From Balanoglossus misakiensis (Eukaryota; Animalia; Hemichordata): 64,000 nt of DNA. Where the stretch lies: assembly GCA_040954595.2 (NCBI GenBank), contig CM082578.2, positions 15,980,998 through 16,044,997 of the forward strand, read 5' to 3'. Both the position numbers and the translations under genes were made by a program. Under the pieces are notes generated by a model. The model was not told the DNA's origin. It ran no database searches and saw only the letters and a list, made by a program, of their open reading frames with translations. Shown here piece by piece: positions 39,701-53,400 of the stretch (within the stretch, counting starts at the first letter, position 1; each line of letters starts with the position of its first letter).

Positions 39701-42700
39701 AACAAAGAAATTGAAAAATAAAGCAGTAAACAAAGAGCGAGAAAACAAAGTTGATGTGCGGTGATGCGTGTTCCAAGTTGTGAAAATCAAACCAAGTGTT
39801 TCTTTTTTAATTAAAGGAACTTTGCCATCGATCATGGCTGTCGATCCCAGTCAATAAACTCTTATTTGTGTTGTACAAAGTTAACCATTACCTGCTTCAT
39901 AAAAGTGGAAATTTTTTCAACCATATGTCAAACAGTTCACTGTATATCCTTGTTTTACCTGCAGTGGGGTCATTTTGCTAAAGTTCGTTTATATAACCTT
40001 ATTTTGATTTGGTTTTTGTTGTAAATCTTGATCTGGTAGTCATGGTTTCATCTATGGTAAAGTTCACCCAATCTCGTGATTTAGGTGCAAATGTATGCCT
40101 GTTGTACGGTCAAATTGTCCAGTTGCTAATGCAATTGCTCTATATCTAATAATCAAGGTAGACTGTTTGCAGTTTCATTGAAATCAAGAGCCAGTGATTG
40201 GCCTAAACCCCTTGATTGTGAAGTGAAGGATCTGAATTGTGTAAACATGTAAAGTCACACGAAGAAAAATATGTCAATCTGAAAATAAGTGTTTGTAATT
40301 ACATTAATTGCCATGTACATTTACCAAGGAAGGGATTCTTTCTGTTAAATAACATATATAAGTCTGAATAAAACTTTCTTTCTTTCCTTCATTCATTCTC
40401 TGTTGTAGTGTAAGGCATTATCAATGCTGATCAAATTGGAGCACTGTTCCCTTGACACTACTTTCATACATTTCCTTTGGTACATTCTGAAGTGAGAGGT
40501 TTCCAAGACTTGTAGAATGTTTTGGTTGCAATGGGCGGAAGTTTGATTTGTTGCATATGCGATCATACTGTATGAAAGACTGCAGAAAGCAAGTCCCGGT
40601 GATTTTGCTGTATTTTTTCTGTATATGCAGATTGCATAATGCAGCACGTGACAGCTAGTTTGATTTGGTTGTGGTGGTGTGTGTAATTGTCCTGAGTTTG
40701 AGATAAAATATATTTGTAGTTATTATACCAGACTACATTATATTAAAGTCTGATTCTACTGACAACATGATTAATGATTGTGATTACAATACTTGTCTGT
40801 CTACATTCTGACAAATTAAATTGATCAGGTTATTTTTGGCCAGGACGTTGATAAGAAAGTTTAATTTGTATTGATTTGACAGCTGGGTGTGCAGGTATTA
40901 AGAAACCAGATCAGACTTCAGACAATACAGTAGCATGGTGTTTTAAAATTTGTGGGTCACAGTCCATGATTTCTGCAGTTCTATCCATCAATCTGATCAG
41001 CAAACTGATACGAAAACAAAGACGCAGCAAGTACCCCCAGTTATAAGTAGCCTGAACTCTCTATGAGGAGGGACACTCCACAACACCAGCCCAGAGATTG
41101 AGAGAGAAAAAAAAGATAGATATGCAATCTGCGACTGTGTATAAAGGTCTTGACTTGCGATTTTGTGTGTGTAATCGGTCTTCCACCTGTTAATGTTGGC
41201 ATGTCGACCGGCGATCGTCATGTTACAAGTGCCACTGGTGGTGTTGACGAAAGAGTGGTAGAATTCCCATAGTCATGTTAGTTTGTGGTTTGTTGTGTTG
41301 GGAGGAGATTTTTGTCCAATGGCAATTATTCAGTGGGCAGGGCCACACGGTCTTCTGCAAATGATCGACGCAGCCACATAAAACTCATTGTCTTTTATTG
41401 GATATACTGTTCGAGTGTGAATTGATTCAGAACAAATTAGTCAGCGACAGGTCCTCGCAATTTTGCGATATAGAATCAAGAGATTGTCAGACTGTAATGC
41501 ACTGTGACTGATTTACTAGCTGGTTCAGAGTATGGCGTCAGGTGAACTGACTACGTGTACTTTGCCATGAACCTGAGCAATCAGAATTGAGATCGCCCAA
41601 GTACTACTGCTACAAACATACCATACATTCCAACAGTTATATGCAAATAGGTTCTCTTTGCTCTGGGCACATTTATTTGGTCTGTAGAAAACAGCGCATA
41701 CAGCAAATATAATAGTTGCATGAAATTTAACATCATGGAGGTCTCACTGTTGCTATGATAGTTTCACCTGACAACCAGTCCCTAGGCTTTTGTGAATAAT
41801 GGTTTGAACGCTCATTGGCACTTGACTAAAGTGAGTATTTAGACACTCACAGTAATGTGCATATAAATTACGACACCCTTCTGAACAGTAACATGGGATA
41901 ATATGAGAATGATGTATTGTCATCATAAGATGGGGTTATTTTTTATTGATTAACACTTGGTTTGAAGACTACATAATGATAGAGGTAACATCAATCAATG
42001 ATAAGCCACAAGTTAACCTTTCCTGTCTAGCTGATAAATCACAAGTTCCTCCAAAGGTACATTGATATGGGTCATGAATAAATTATAATTTAGTAAGAAT
42101 CAGACACGGGCATGAGATTTTTCATTGGCAATATCTTAATGGCCCCCTCTTGCAGTTGTGTGATGACGTAATCTGTCCTACAATTTGCGAACATTTTGAA
42201 AGATTCCTTTGCTCTGATTTTTGTCTTGTGTTGATTTTTACAGGATGGACCACCGATATACTCCAATGCTGCAACGACTTTGAGTGGGTTTTGTAGTTGG
42301 CAGCAGACGCAAAATAAACCAGATGATAATGATCCGTTACATGCAGACACAGCTGTCCTCCTGACCAGGTAACAAAAAATCAGGTCTTCTCTTCATCTGT
42401 GCAAACACAGACAGTAGGTTTAGTCCACTACAAGTACAGGTCAGCATCACAGGTAGTGTAGGTATGGCGTAGAAGTTTTGTGTGTGGACTTGCTTGCAGA
42501 GTGAATTGGTGTGGAAGAAAATGATGTGATTTTTTCTGGCCAAATAATATACGTAAGCATTTACAACCACAGAGCTATGTTTGATCTCAAGGCACATGTC
42601 ATCTATCATCAGTGGGTTGTTCATGCATATTTGTCTGGCATGCTTGTGAGACAGGTTTGCATACATGTCACGTAATAGTAGTCATCACTGATGTTCATGA

Positions 42701-45700
42701 TCATCACAATTTCTCTCCAAGGAAAACAGTTATTTGTCCCCATTAAAATCACAGTAGGGGCAAGGTCTGTATTTTAACTCTACCAAAGACAGGTGGCTGC
42801 TACTCTAGAAAATGAATGAAATGTCTTGTCTTCGGGTAATACATTTTTCACCATGTATATTTCATCACAGTGCTTTAAGTACTGGCAGCTGATGTCTTGC
42901 AACATGATGAGATAGGTGTCTATTGCAGTGAACATCGTGGCTATTAAACGGCGCTGTCAGCTGCAGTCATTATTTGTTGTGTCACTCCTGATCATGCATT
43001 GAATTCAACAAATCAAGTAGTGTGGACAGAGATCTTTCAGTTAACTGTGCTTGGCAAATTAAAGTTGCACTGTACCATGGCGTATTTTAAGAACAATATC
43101 TAAGAATTGTTGCCATGGTTATGATCATCAAGATACCTGTGAGCTGTGAAATCTTCTGAGTTTTTATCATCTTTTTCCTTATCAGTTTATGACTTTGTGT
43201 AATGAAGAAATCTGTGTGAAATCATTGATGGCTAGAGAAGGGCGTGGTTTGCGACAATGATTGCTTGTTCTGTCTCATAAAAACTATAAACAGACCAGTG
43301 GTAAAAATATGATTTAATGCCTAAGGTGTCTTGTAATTCTGGGGTCAGGAAAGTGTGTCAAGGTCATTTGAGATGCAGTTAGCTGTGTCATAAGTCTCTT
43401 TAAGAAAGAGGTGAACAGAAGTCCCCAGTAATCGATGATTACTTTTCCTTATTCCAGCAGCACTGAAGAATCTCATGCCAATATTCAACTTGAAACTGGA
43501 GCAGAAAAAAACATTTTATGTATTAGATCTTATTCTAAAGATGTTATGCTATTTCAAACATTGATAGTCTTACAAAGCAAATGTGTATTTTATCTTGTTC
43601 AACAGCCAGCTTCAAACTTTTTCTTTTAAGCCAACCACAGTGATGTCAAAAAGCATCAAATACATGTAAGCCTCATCTTTTGAGCAATCACAGATTTGGT
43701 TTGTCTTTGGTTTGTCAAAGTTTTCAAAGTTGGGTATGAATTGACTTCAACAAAGTTACAATCTTTTTTTCAATTGATGTACCATAGTAATGAAGAGCAG
43801 GTGGAAAGCTGTGAATGATGATTTTGTTGGTCGTTGATGTCTTTACCAGCTTTGTAGGTTATAGCGGGTTAATGTAGGTCATCTTTGATGGTCACGCTTT
43901 GAAGAACTGGGTCTATTATGTTATAAACATATAAAACAGCCAGTCATAGGTGAAGGATATGGTGTTTGTGTGCACACTGTTTGTAAGCTATTAAGAAATA
44001 CTTTGTTTCCCGACCTTGGAGTTTTCAAAAACCTTAGTAACCATGCAGCCGGTCAGGTAAAAATTATGCACTCAGAAAATGCATTGTAGTAGCTCAGTTT
44101 GCAAGTACTTTATCAACTACTTGGTTTGTACAGTACCAAATATGTGGTGTATGATACAGAAGTTATCAATGGTAAACATTTTTCCCTTCTCCTTTCCATT
44201 TCTTAAAGGACATCAGTGATACATTTGAGTTATAATAGGAGTAGCAGTTTTACAGCTTGATAAGTGATACCTCTTTATATGACTTTGTTTGAGGGCAGTC
44301 TCTTCGTTGTGCATTTGAGTTCATTCCAAGGGCACTGCCAACTGGCACTGACTGACCTTATGCTTGGTAATAAACAGACCCCCCCCCCCCCCCTCTCCTT
44401 AATGCCATGTCAAGCTTTACGCTCTCTGAACACACCAATTCGCAATCTTCTATCAAAAGTGCACCCTCAACTTTCCGCTGAGCAAAGCGAGGGATGCTGT
44501 AGATGCCGTCCAGGACTGTTTCTATGGTGACTTGTAAGATAACCTGGTTGAATTGGACTTAATTTCTATGGTGACGCATAAGATAGATTGATTGAATTGT
44601 GAAGTAATAAAGCTTTGTTGGATTGTTAGTTGACTAACTCATGATGTCAAAAGTTACAAAATTATTACCATAGGATTAAGAAACAAGATCCCATGATACA
44701 CACAGGGTGAGATGTATGTATGCAAATTCAGATCGATGATGGAAACCAGAATATTTGATTTAGTGACTTTTATGCAGCTCTGCATATACTCAAATTGTGT
44801 ATGTATATGGAACTAATTTGGTCCTGCTAGGAGGAGGAGATGTTTGGCGTAAATTCTGAGTTGGACAAAATTTGCATGTGTAGAAGTATAGAAACCGGCT
44901 CTAGTCCCAATTGGCGACATGCGCTGGTACGTTACTCCGGCCCCCACTGCCGAAATACCAGACTCTGTCCTGTGTGAGATGCTGACGATGTCTCCACTCG
45001 TTCAGTCTGCAAGTGAATTAGACAATCAGACAAAGAGCATGAACAGTAGAAACAGACAGAACACAGCTCCTTTGATAAAAACCCGCCATTTTGATCTCTG
45101 ATAGTTCAGAAGTACTGTGTATGCAGTGCCTTGTTTACACATTCTAAAGGAATGATAGAAATATAATAAACAAGCAAGTAACATAATTGCATCAAGGCAG
45201 TCCTCTTCACATGGATGTGTAGTCTGTTTGTACCTGAAATTTGGTGACAGCGTGTGAAATAGTGATCTTTTGACTTGATCTGATTATAATCTCTGTAATC
45301 TTTCACTAATGATGGATCAACTCCATCTAGACTGCCATTGATCTGCCACAGGTCATCATAAGGTAAACTAAATACTAACCTTGCTGGGCTACCTACCCTA
45401 CATTTGTACTTAAGGGTCACCCGAACCTGTTTGTTGCTATGGTAAAGCTAGCAGCAATCTGGTATGTGACATACAGGCCGGTGACTGCATGTAATCTAGG
45501 CTCTTTACTCCTGACAATACACCAGGCACCAGTTTTATGTAAATCTCAAGTCAGGCAGCTAGCATAACTATAATGTCAAATTGATTATGTACGCAAAGAA
45601 AAACTACTACTGTAATGTCTTCTGTTATGTTGTCCTTCCCAACAGTTCGTACTTATATTTGACGTAAACAGGAATCAAAGCAATAATTGTTCTAAATGTG

Positions 45701-47396
45701 AGGTGACTCTTTCGACTGAAAACAATTTTGAAGCTTCTTTTCATGTATGGAATATTGATACACATTGATGCTATTTTCATTCTTTACAGGCAGGATATTT
45801 GTTTTGCTTCAAACAAGTGTGATACCTTGGGTAGGTTCCGAATTCTATTATTCTACTTTCACGAACCATAGTGTCTTTTTCCACAAAATTCAAGATATTT
45901 TAGTCAGACTTGGTGTGATATGCTTGATGACTGTTAATTGCTTTTTTATCTGCAGGATTGGCAGAGTTAGGCACAGTTTGTGATCCATACCGTAGCTGTT
46001 CAATTGTTGAAGACAATGGACTCAGTGCAGCATTTACTATTGCCCATGAAATTGGACATGTGTGAGTGTAAACTGCTACTTGATGTCTAGCATTTCACAA
46101 GCACATACAGGCAGTCATGCCTGACCAGTTGTAGAAGCAATTTTCAGCAAAAGTTTCTTGAAAATGTACTACGCGAAAATCGTTTGTATGGTAGTACATG
46201 TACATGTACTTACATTATGCATTTTTGTTTCAGTTTAAATATACCTCACGATGATAGTCTCAAATGCAAAAACCAAAAAGGAAAACACCATGTTATGGCG
46301 CCAACATTGCATTACAACACAAATCCATGGTCCTGGTCAGAATGTAGCAGACACGAGCTGACAGAATTCCTGGAGTAAGTATACCCTTGTGTAAAATTAA
46401 TATTGAGAAAATACTGGTTTTGCATGTGATATAAATGACAACCATCCTGGTTTCCTGTTGAGTGACAGGATTTGTGAAGTGTATCGGTGGCTAGAATGGT
46501 TGGGCAGAAACCGCGAAAATCCATGCACACCCAGTATTTATCACCAAACTGTGATGGTTTGTTTGTTAAGTGCCAAGGGATGTTGAACCTAGGATGTGCA
46601 TCTTACAACCCCTGGGGTAACAGAGTACATTTCTTTCCCATGTTTGATGTCTGGCTGTGTTTATTTGTCGAGACAGGGCAAGGACTCTGATAATCAGACA
46701 CAGTTTCTTCTGTGCCCTAAGAGACATCCTATATGTTTCTGTGTTGAGTCTGCTTTTCGGCCATTTTTTTTTACATTTCTAATCTTGGAAACTGAAATGT
46801 ATAGCTAAATATTATCAGGTGCCGGATTTGTATATGTTTGTGTGTGTACGGTATATAAAGCGCCTTTGACATTTTAATCCTGCGGGAAAGTTTCACGGAA
46901 GGTACCCATTTCAGTGAAAAGAGGCCCACAGATTTCACTGTACAGAAACACAGCAAGCATTGATACATGTATCTGATAAATCTCAAGGACAAGGCTTGCA
47001 CCCTGTCATCAAAGCAATCAAATTCAGCCATGAGACGTAATGAATTCCTTTCAAGTTTTCCAGTCTGTTGATGTTGTTTATATTCATGCCACCGTAGAGA
47101 GAGGGTGTCTCTGTCCCTTTGGTGCGAGAGCTTTCAATTTGATTTGTGGAAAGAGGGTATAGACTGTAATCAGAGTTACGCCACATGGCTAGCATCTATT
47201 CGCTTTGTCTCGTCTCTGTCTCTGGACCCAGAATGCCTTCATGATTGTATGTTAGAAACACAGTGCACACTGTTAACTGCTGTTATTAAAGGAGACTTGA
47301 GCTATTCCTGGGAAGAAAGTAATACTTCAATCATTGCATGTTTTTACTTATGGAAGTTTCTGAGGGGAAGCCATAATTCCTGTCAGTTATATCCCA

Positions 47397-47428
<32 letters not shown>

Positions 47429-50400
47429 TAGTGTCTATCTGTTTGTTTGTTTATGTGTTTTTTTTTGAACTATGAAGATTGGAATGAATTCAGCTTTGAA
47501 TCTAATAGCACCACATACAATTAATATCCCTTTTTTTCTGAATTACCCAGTCTTGGATTAGGTCATTGCTTGCTGGACAAACCCAAATCTGCAATGGAGT
47601 TACCCAATTCACAACCTGGTAGTGATGGGGAGTACCCAGTCAACCGACAGTGTGAACTCATATTTGGTAATAGCTCAACGGTTTGTCATTATATGGTAAG
47701 TTGACCAAATCAAAGACACATAAGAATCATACAACATACAAATTTTACATGGTCAGGTTCATGTAATACGGTTTGTGGCCACCACCAGTGCTCTCCTACG
47801 ATAAACTCGGTACAAGTTTAATTTTATCTGGAAAGTTTCACTTGTCATATTACTCTACTATCATCATTTCATGTTGTCCTATATTGATGTGATGCTGTTC
47901 ATGAACATCGTAGTAAAAGTTTCAAAATGTTCATTCTGACGCAGAAAACTTGCAGAAGGTTATGGTGTAAAATCGCACCCAGTGGAGTTTGTATAACACA
48001 GCATATGCCGTGGGCAGATGGAACAACGTGTGGTGATGGAAAGGTATGTAATGCTTTATACAGAAACAAAGAATGTGTAGTTGAGGCAGGAAAGTTGGAA
48101 TAGAAACAAAAGTCGTGTAAAACTATGGTCAACAGAGGGCGCTCTAACATTACCGAGTCGCGCGCTGTGTGTTGGATGGCGAATAACGTTGAGGTCACTT
48201 ACGACTTCTTATTTTCCAACCTTCTTAAATATGAGCCTTATTTCATTTTACATCTGTCCAATTTTTCCTGCAATTTAAAGTTGTTTTGTGGAATGATTTG
48301 TTACAGTCGTGCCAAAGAGGAGAATGCGTAAATAGTAAATTAATGCCCCGTCGTCCCAAAGTCAACGGAGGGTGGGGCAGTTGGGGAAAATACACAGAAT
48401 GTTCCAGAACTTGTGGAGGAGGGGTCAAAGCCTCCTCCAGAAACTGTACTCATCCTGCTCCCCAAAACGGAGGAAAATATTGCCTTGGTAGAAGAACAAA
48501 ATTTAGATCGTGTAATACAAAGGTAAGAGTTTGCGTACTTAACCACATCTTGATTGCATCCTTTTTCGGTTTGCAAACAGCAGGGCTTGATAAATTATAG
48601 TCTGTAGTTGAAGAGTCATTAAAACCTTAATGTCATTCTTGATGTTTATTATTTACCAGCCATGTCCTGCAGGCCAGCCTGGTTTCAGAGAAAAGCAGTG
48701 TTCAGAATACAACGGTCGACATTTCAACTTGAACGAACTAACTCCAAATGTGTCCTGGGTGCCAAAGTACAGTGGAAGTAAGTTAACTTTAAACTTTCTA
48801 TTTTCAGTTATTCTCATGGTTATACTTCAAACTCAAATCAAACCATTTCAACAATGGCTAGTCATTCTGTGTATAGCAAACTTTTAGCATAATTTTTACT
48901 CTATTTCAATATTTAACCACTCTAATTTTCAATATTTGTTTTTATTTTCTTTAGTTCATTTGAAAGATAGGTGTAAGTTGTTCTGTAGAGTCTCTGGAAG
49001 TACATCATACTACATGCTTGATAATAAAATAAAAGATGGAACACCTTGTGGGTCAGACACAGACGACATCTGTGTGCAGGGTCTGTGCAGGGTAAGTCCA
49101 AACATTCTTTTTTGTGACTGTTCTTCTTGATATATTTGTCCTGTGTCACATGAGAATGTCCTCCCATGTTAACAGCCTTAGCCACGCGAGATCTCGCGGG
49201 TTCTTGTGGAGTTTGGAAAATGGTGTATTGCAGGTTATTCATCACATTAATCAGAAACATTGTGTGTCATATATGTTATCTTCTGTTTACAAGATAATCA
49301 ATGTGTTTCCTTTTATGTTCTTTTAACAGAAAGCTGGATGTGATCATGTTCTGAATTCCAAAACGCGCAAAGATTTCTGTGGAGTGTGTGGTGGCGACAG
49401 TACTTCCTGTAGAGCTATATCCAATACGTACAACACTGCCCAGTATGGTAAGTAATGCCTTGTCTGATAAAACAATGACAAATATGGTAAGTAATGCCAT
49501 ATTGAACACATAAAGCAATGCCAGTGATATGGAAGATGGAAACGGTTTCATGTTCTGTGAAATTTCACTGGACTGTAGTCTAAGAAACGGGTCCCTAACT
49601 GGTGACTTCTAAAATTCCTTGGATATTCCAATTCAAATGAAGGCAGTGATTTTGTGTCAACATCGAGGATAAATTATCCAATATGTACAACAATGTCATA
49701 TGTTACGTTTTGTTTACATCAACCAGTACCCCAAAATGACATCATCATCATTATCATCATTATTATCAACAGGTTACAACACAGTTGTACGAATTCCCTC
49801 CGGTGCTAATAACATTGATATTCGGCAACACGGGTATGACAACAGAATAGAGGACGATAATTACCTAGGTAAAGTCAATTTCGTCTCTATCATTTCTTTG
49901 ATTTACTTAGTCATGTGAACAACTGTAAGTTGGTATTCAAAATGTATTCAAGAAAATGTTTCAGTGGTAATCATTTCAAAGATTGGATCGATGCTTCTTG
50001 TGCACTAGGGATATGAATGACATTGTCAACATGTGAATGAGAAATATGTATGTAAATACTGTACATGTATTTATTATCTATAGCTGGTATATATATGTGC
50101 ACATACAATGTAATGTAATATGATGTTAGGGACTGAAATTATATGTATTTCCATATTTTTTGCAGCTTTAATGAACAGCAAAAGTGAATATATTTTGAAC
50201 GGACAGTATTCTGTGAGTTTGTATCGGCGTTTGATTAATGTGGGAGGTGCTACGCTGGAATACAGTGGCTCAGCCAAAGTTACTGAAAGAATCAACTGTT
50301 CATCAACTATCCATGAAGATATTCTTCTTCAGGTAAGAAAAAATCAAATGAGGGTTTCATCAACCCAGTGTATTTTGAATCAAAAGAAAAAGTGCCAAGC

Positions 50401-53400
50401 TTGGCGCTTTGGTCATATGATAATTAGCCGGGAGCTGTATTTTTAATTCACTATTAAACAGTAAAAACAATACCTGCTCTTGTTGTTGTTGTTTGTTTGT
50501 TTACTAATCATGTAAAATGCATTGTTTGTTGTGTTTAGGTGTTGTCTGTAGGCAGTCTGTATCCACCAAACATCAGCTATACATACACAATACCAATACC
50601 CGGTACTGTTGTTTATGTCTGGGACAAATATGGGCCATGGAAACCTTGTAGTGCTATATGCAATGGTAAGTCTTATTTGGAATAAACCTACAATGGTGTT
50701 TTAGATGAGGTGATAAATCATATGAACCAGTGTCATCTCTGCTTGTCAATCTGGCTGCCATTAAGCTTTTCACCACCATGGTTTGGCCCAAATCTGCAGA
50801 TCGAGGGAACCGGGGTAGAAAGGGTTAAAATCAGTTTATCACAATTCTCAGAATACAAGCACTTTCAGTTTACATCTGGTTTAACATTTACCTTGTGTGA
50901 TATACATCAGTGAGAGTTGTCTAAAATTTATCTACACCATGATATCGGTAATGTAAAATAAGTTTTTTGTGTATCTCATTTTGTGATAGGTGTCAAACAA
51001 AGAAGAATTCGTTGTGTCCGACCAGATGACAGAGCTGAAGTATCTCACAGATATTGCAATGCTGAACTCAAACCAAATGAACTGACGTCAAGATGTAACA
51101 CCAAGTGTTATCTCAGGTAGTCTTTCTTTTGTGGGAGTTAGATTTTTGAACTATTTCTCTCCCTCTGCTCAAACGTGTTTTTCCGCTAGAAATATCAGAG
51201 GACACCAAGATCAGTGTTCAAATCTCTCAAATTTATCCAATTCTTGTTAGAAAAGTTTGAATCTCTGGATTATGGAAGTTGAAATCCTCTATTTTTGTTG
51301 AATAGCAAGTTAGTGGATTTTAAGAACTGTACAGCCAGCAGTACTGGATACCGTCAATCAATCAATCAATCAGTCAAACAATCAATCAATCAGTCTATTG
51401 ACAGTTGTGATCTCTTCATTTGTAGCTGGAGTATCACAGAAGGCGAATGTTCAGCACGTTGTGGCAAAGGCCAGAAGACCAGGACGTTGAACTGCATCAA
51501 AGTCCACCAAAGAAATTCTGTGCACGTTGCTAGTGACCATTGTAAAGATCTAGACCGACCGCCAGAAACTGTGGAGTGCGAGGGGGATTGTCCACCAAGT
51601 CATTGGGAATTCAGTGATTGGTCTACGGTAAGCTGACTATCTTCTAAAAGGATTCTGCATATTTGATGAACTTCTGTTAAGTTAACTTCTGTTTAGTAAT
51701 ATGTATTGCCAAAATCACTACACCATATTCTGATGAAACTTTCTACAATAATTTCTAATCATTGATAATACTTTTGAAACAACTGCCTGACTTTGGCCTA
51801 ACTACTTTGAATTTTATGAAACTTGACATCAAATCATCTGGTTTCTATTTGTTGAACATCAGTGTTCTGTAAGCTGTGGTGGTGGTGTTATGACAAGAGA
51901 TGCAGAATGCCAAGATGCACAGCACAATCTTTTAGATGACAGTGCGTGCGAAGCCAGCGGAAGAGAGGTTGTAACATCGTGTAACCAACAGGATTGTCCA
52001 ATCTGGAAATTAACAGAATGGTCAGCGGTGAGTATCCATGGGTAGTTTGCACAGAGAACAGAGAAATCTGACTGATCTGTAGTTGTTAAATAACAGTGAA
52101 GAACAAATGCTATATCTTTTTTTCGAATGTCATGCAAGCAGTTTATCAGATTTCTATTTTGAGTTGAGAGAATGTTCTGTGTCCCAGATGTTACATTCAA
52201 AGTATTTTTAATATATTGATGTCAAATTCATCCTCTTGCAGTGTTCAGTAACTTGTGGACTGGGCCAGCGGTTAAGGCATGTGTTATGTCACTACAAAAA
52301 TGAGCGTGTCAGTACATCATTGTGCGATAGTTCTTCGATGCCATCAAGTACGCAGCAGTGTGAAGAAATTGAGTGTCCAGTCTGGGATCACAGTCCCTGG
52401 GGTCCTGTAAGTAGAACTGTCATAATCCATGAGTTTTGTGGCATTAAATTAGAACAATCATCACAGCTCATTTGGTCTTTATAATTAGTCAAAGGATCCA
52501 GTGTAGCTCCTAAAATCACCATGGTCCTGAATGTTTAGAACCATCACACTTCTTGTGCAGAACAAAATATTCTTTGCAGTCCTGGAGGACAAGATAATTT
52601 GTTAGTCCCTTCGAGGATATAAATGTAAGACAAACATGGCTATCTTCCAGTGCCTGTGCAACTGATCACTGATCTAATAAAAGGCAATTTACATTTCAGT
52701 GTTCAGTTACTTGTGGCAGAGGGTACCAAGTCCGAGCTGTTGTGTGTCGATTCAAAGGAAGAAATGGTCTCGGTGATGACAAATGCAATGCTGCTCTCAG
52801 ACCAATCAACAGCCAGGATTGCAATATGTCTCCGTGTCCTGTGACAGTCACACCAACTGTTTCTGCCACCCACATCTTGAGGATGGCTTCCAGAAGCAGC
52901 GATTGGAGAACTGGTGACTGGACTCCTGTGAGTAATTTGTAGTTGACTCCTATTTGCCTTGTGGTTGGATATGGCAAATGGGTGATATTCCTATAGGCTG
53001 GAAAAGTGTCTGTCCACACAAATGTATCTGTCTGTCCATGTGTCTGTCTGTCTGGCTGGCTGTCTGTCTGGTGTAAAATTTATTGACAAAAATTTTGTGA
53101 TACAAATATGTTCTCACGAACCTCACAAGCTACGTTAAATAGGCCAATCTCTGTAATATACATTTACACCTGTTTGACAGTTTATTCTATAATTTCCTCC
53201 TCCTTGCCCTTGCACATACACCCTTCCATTCATATGACATCTTACATGTTCCTTCTATAAACTCTTTTGAGCTTTCCATCCTCAGTTGTGTTTTTTGCTG
53301 CTAATATCTACCATTATCTGAGCTAAAGGTGATTACCAAATTTATTTCTTGATGGCAGTGTTCAAAAACCTGTGGTGTTGGAACTCGTGAGCGTTATGTC

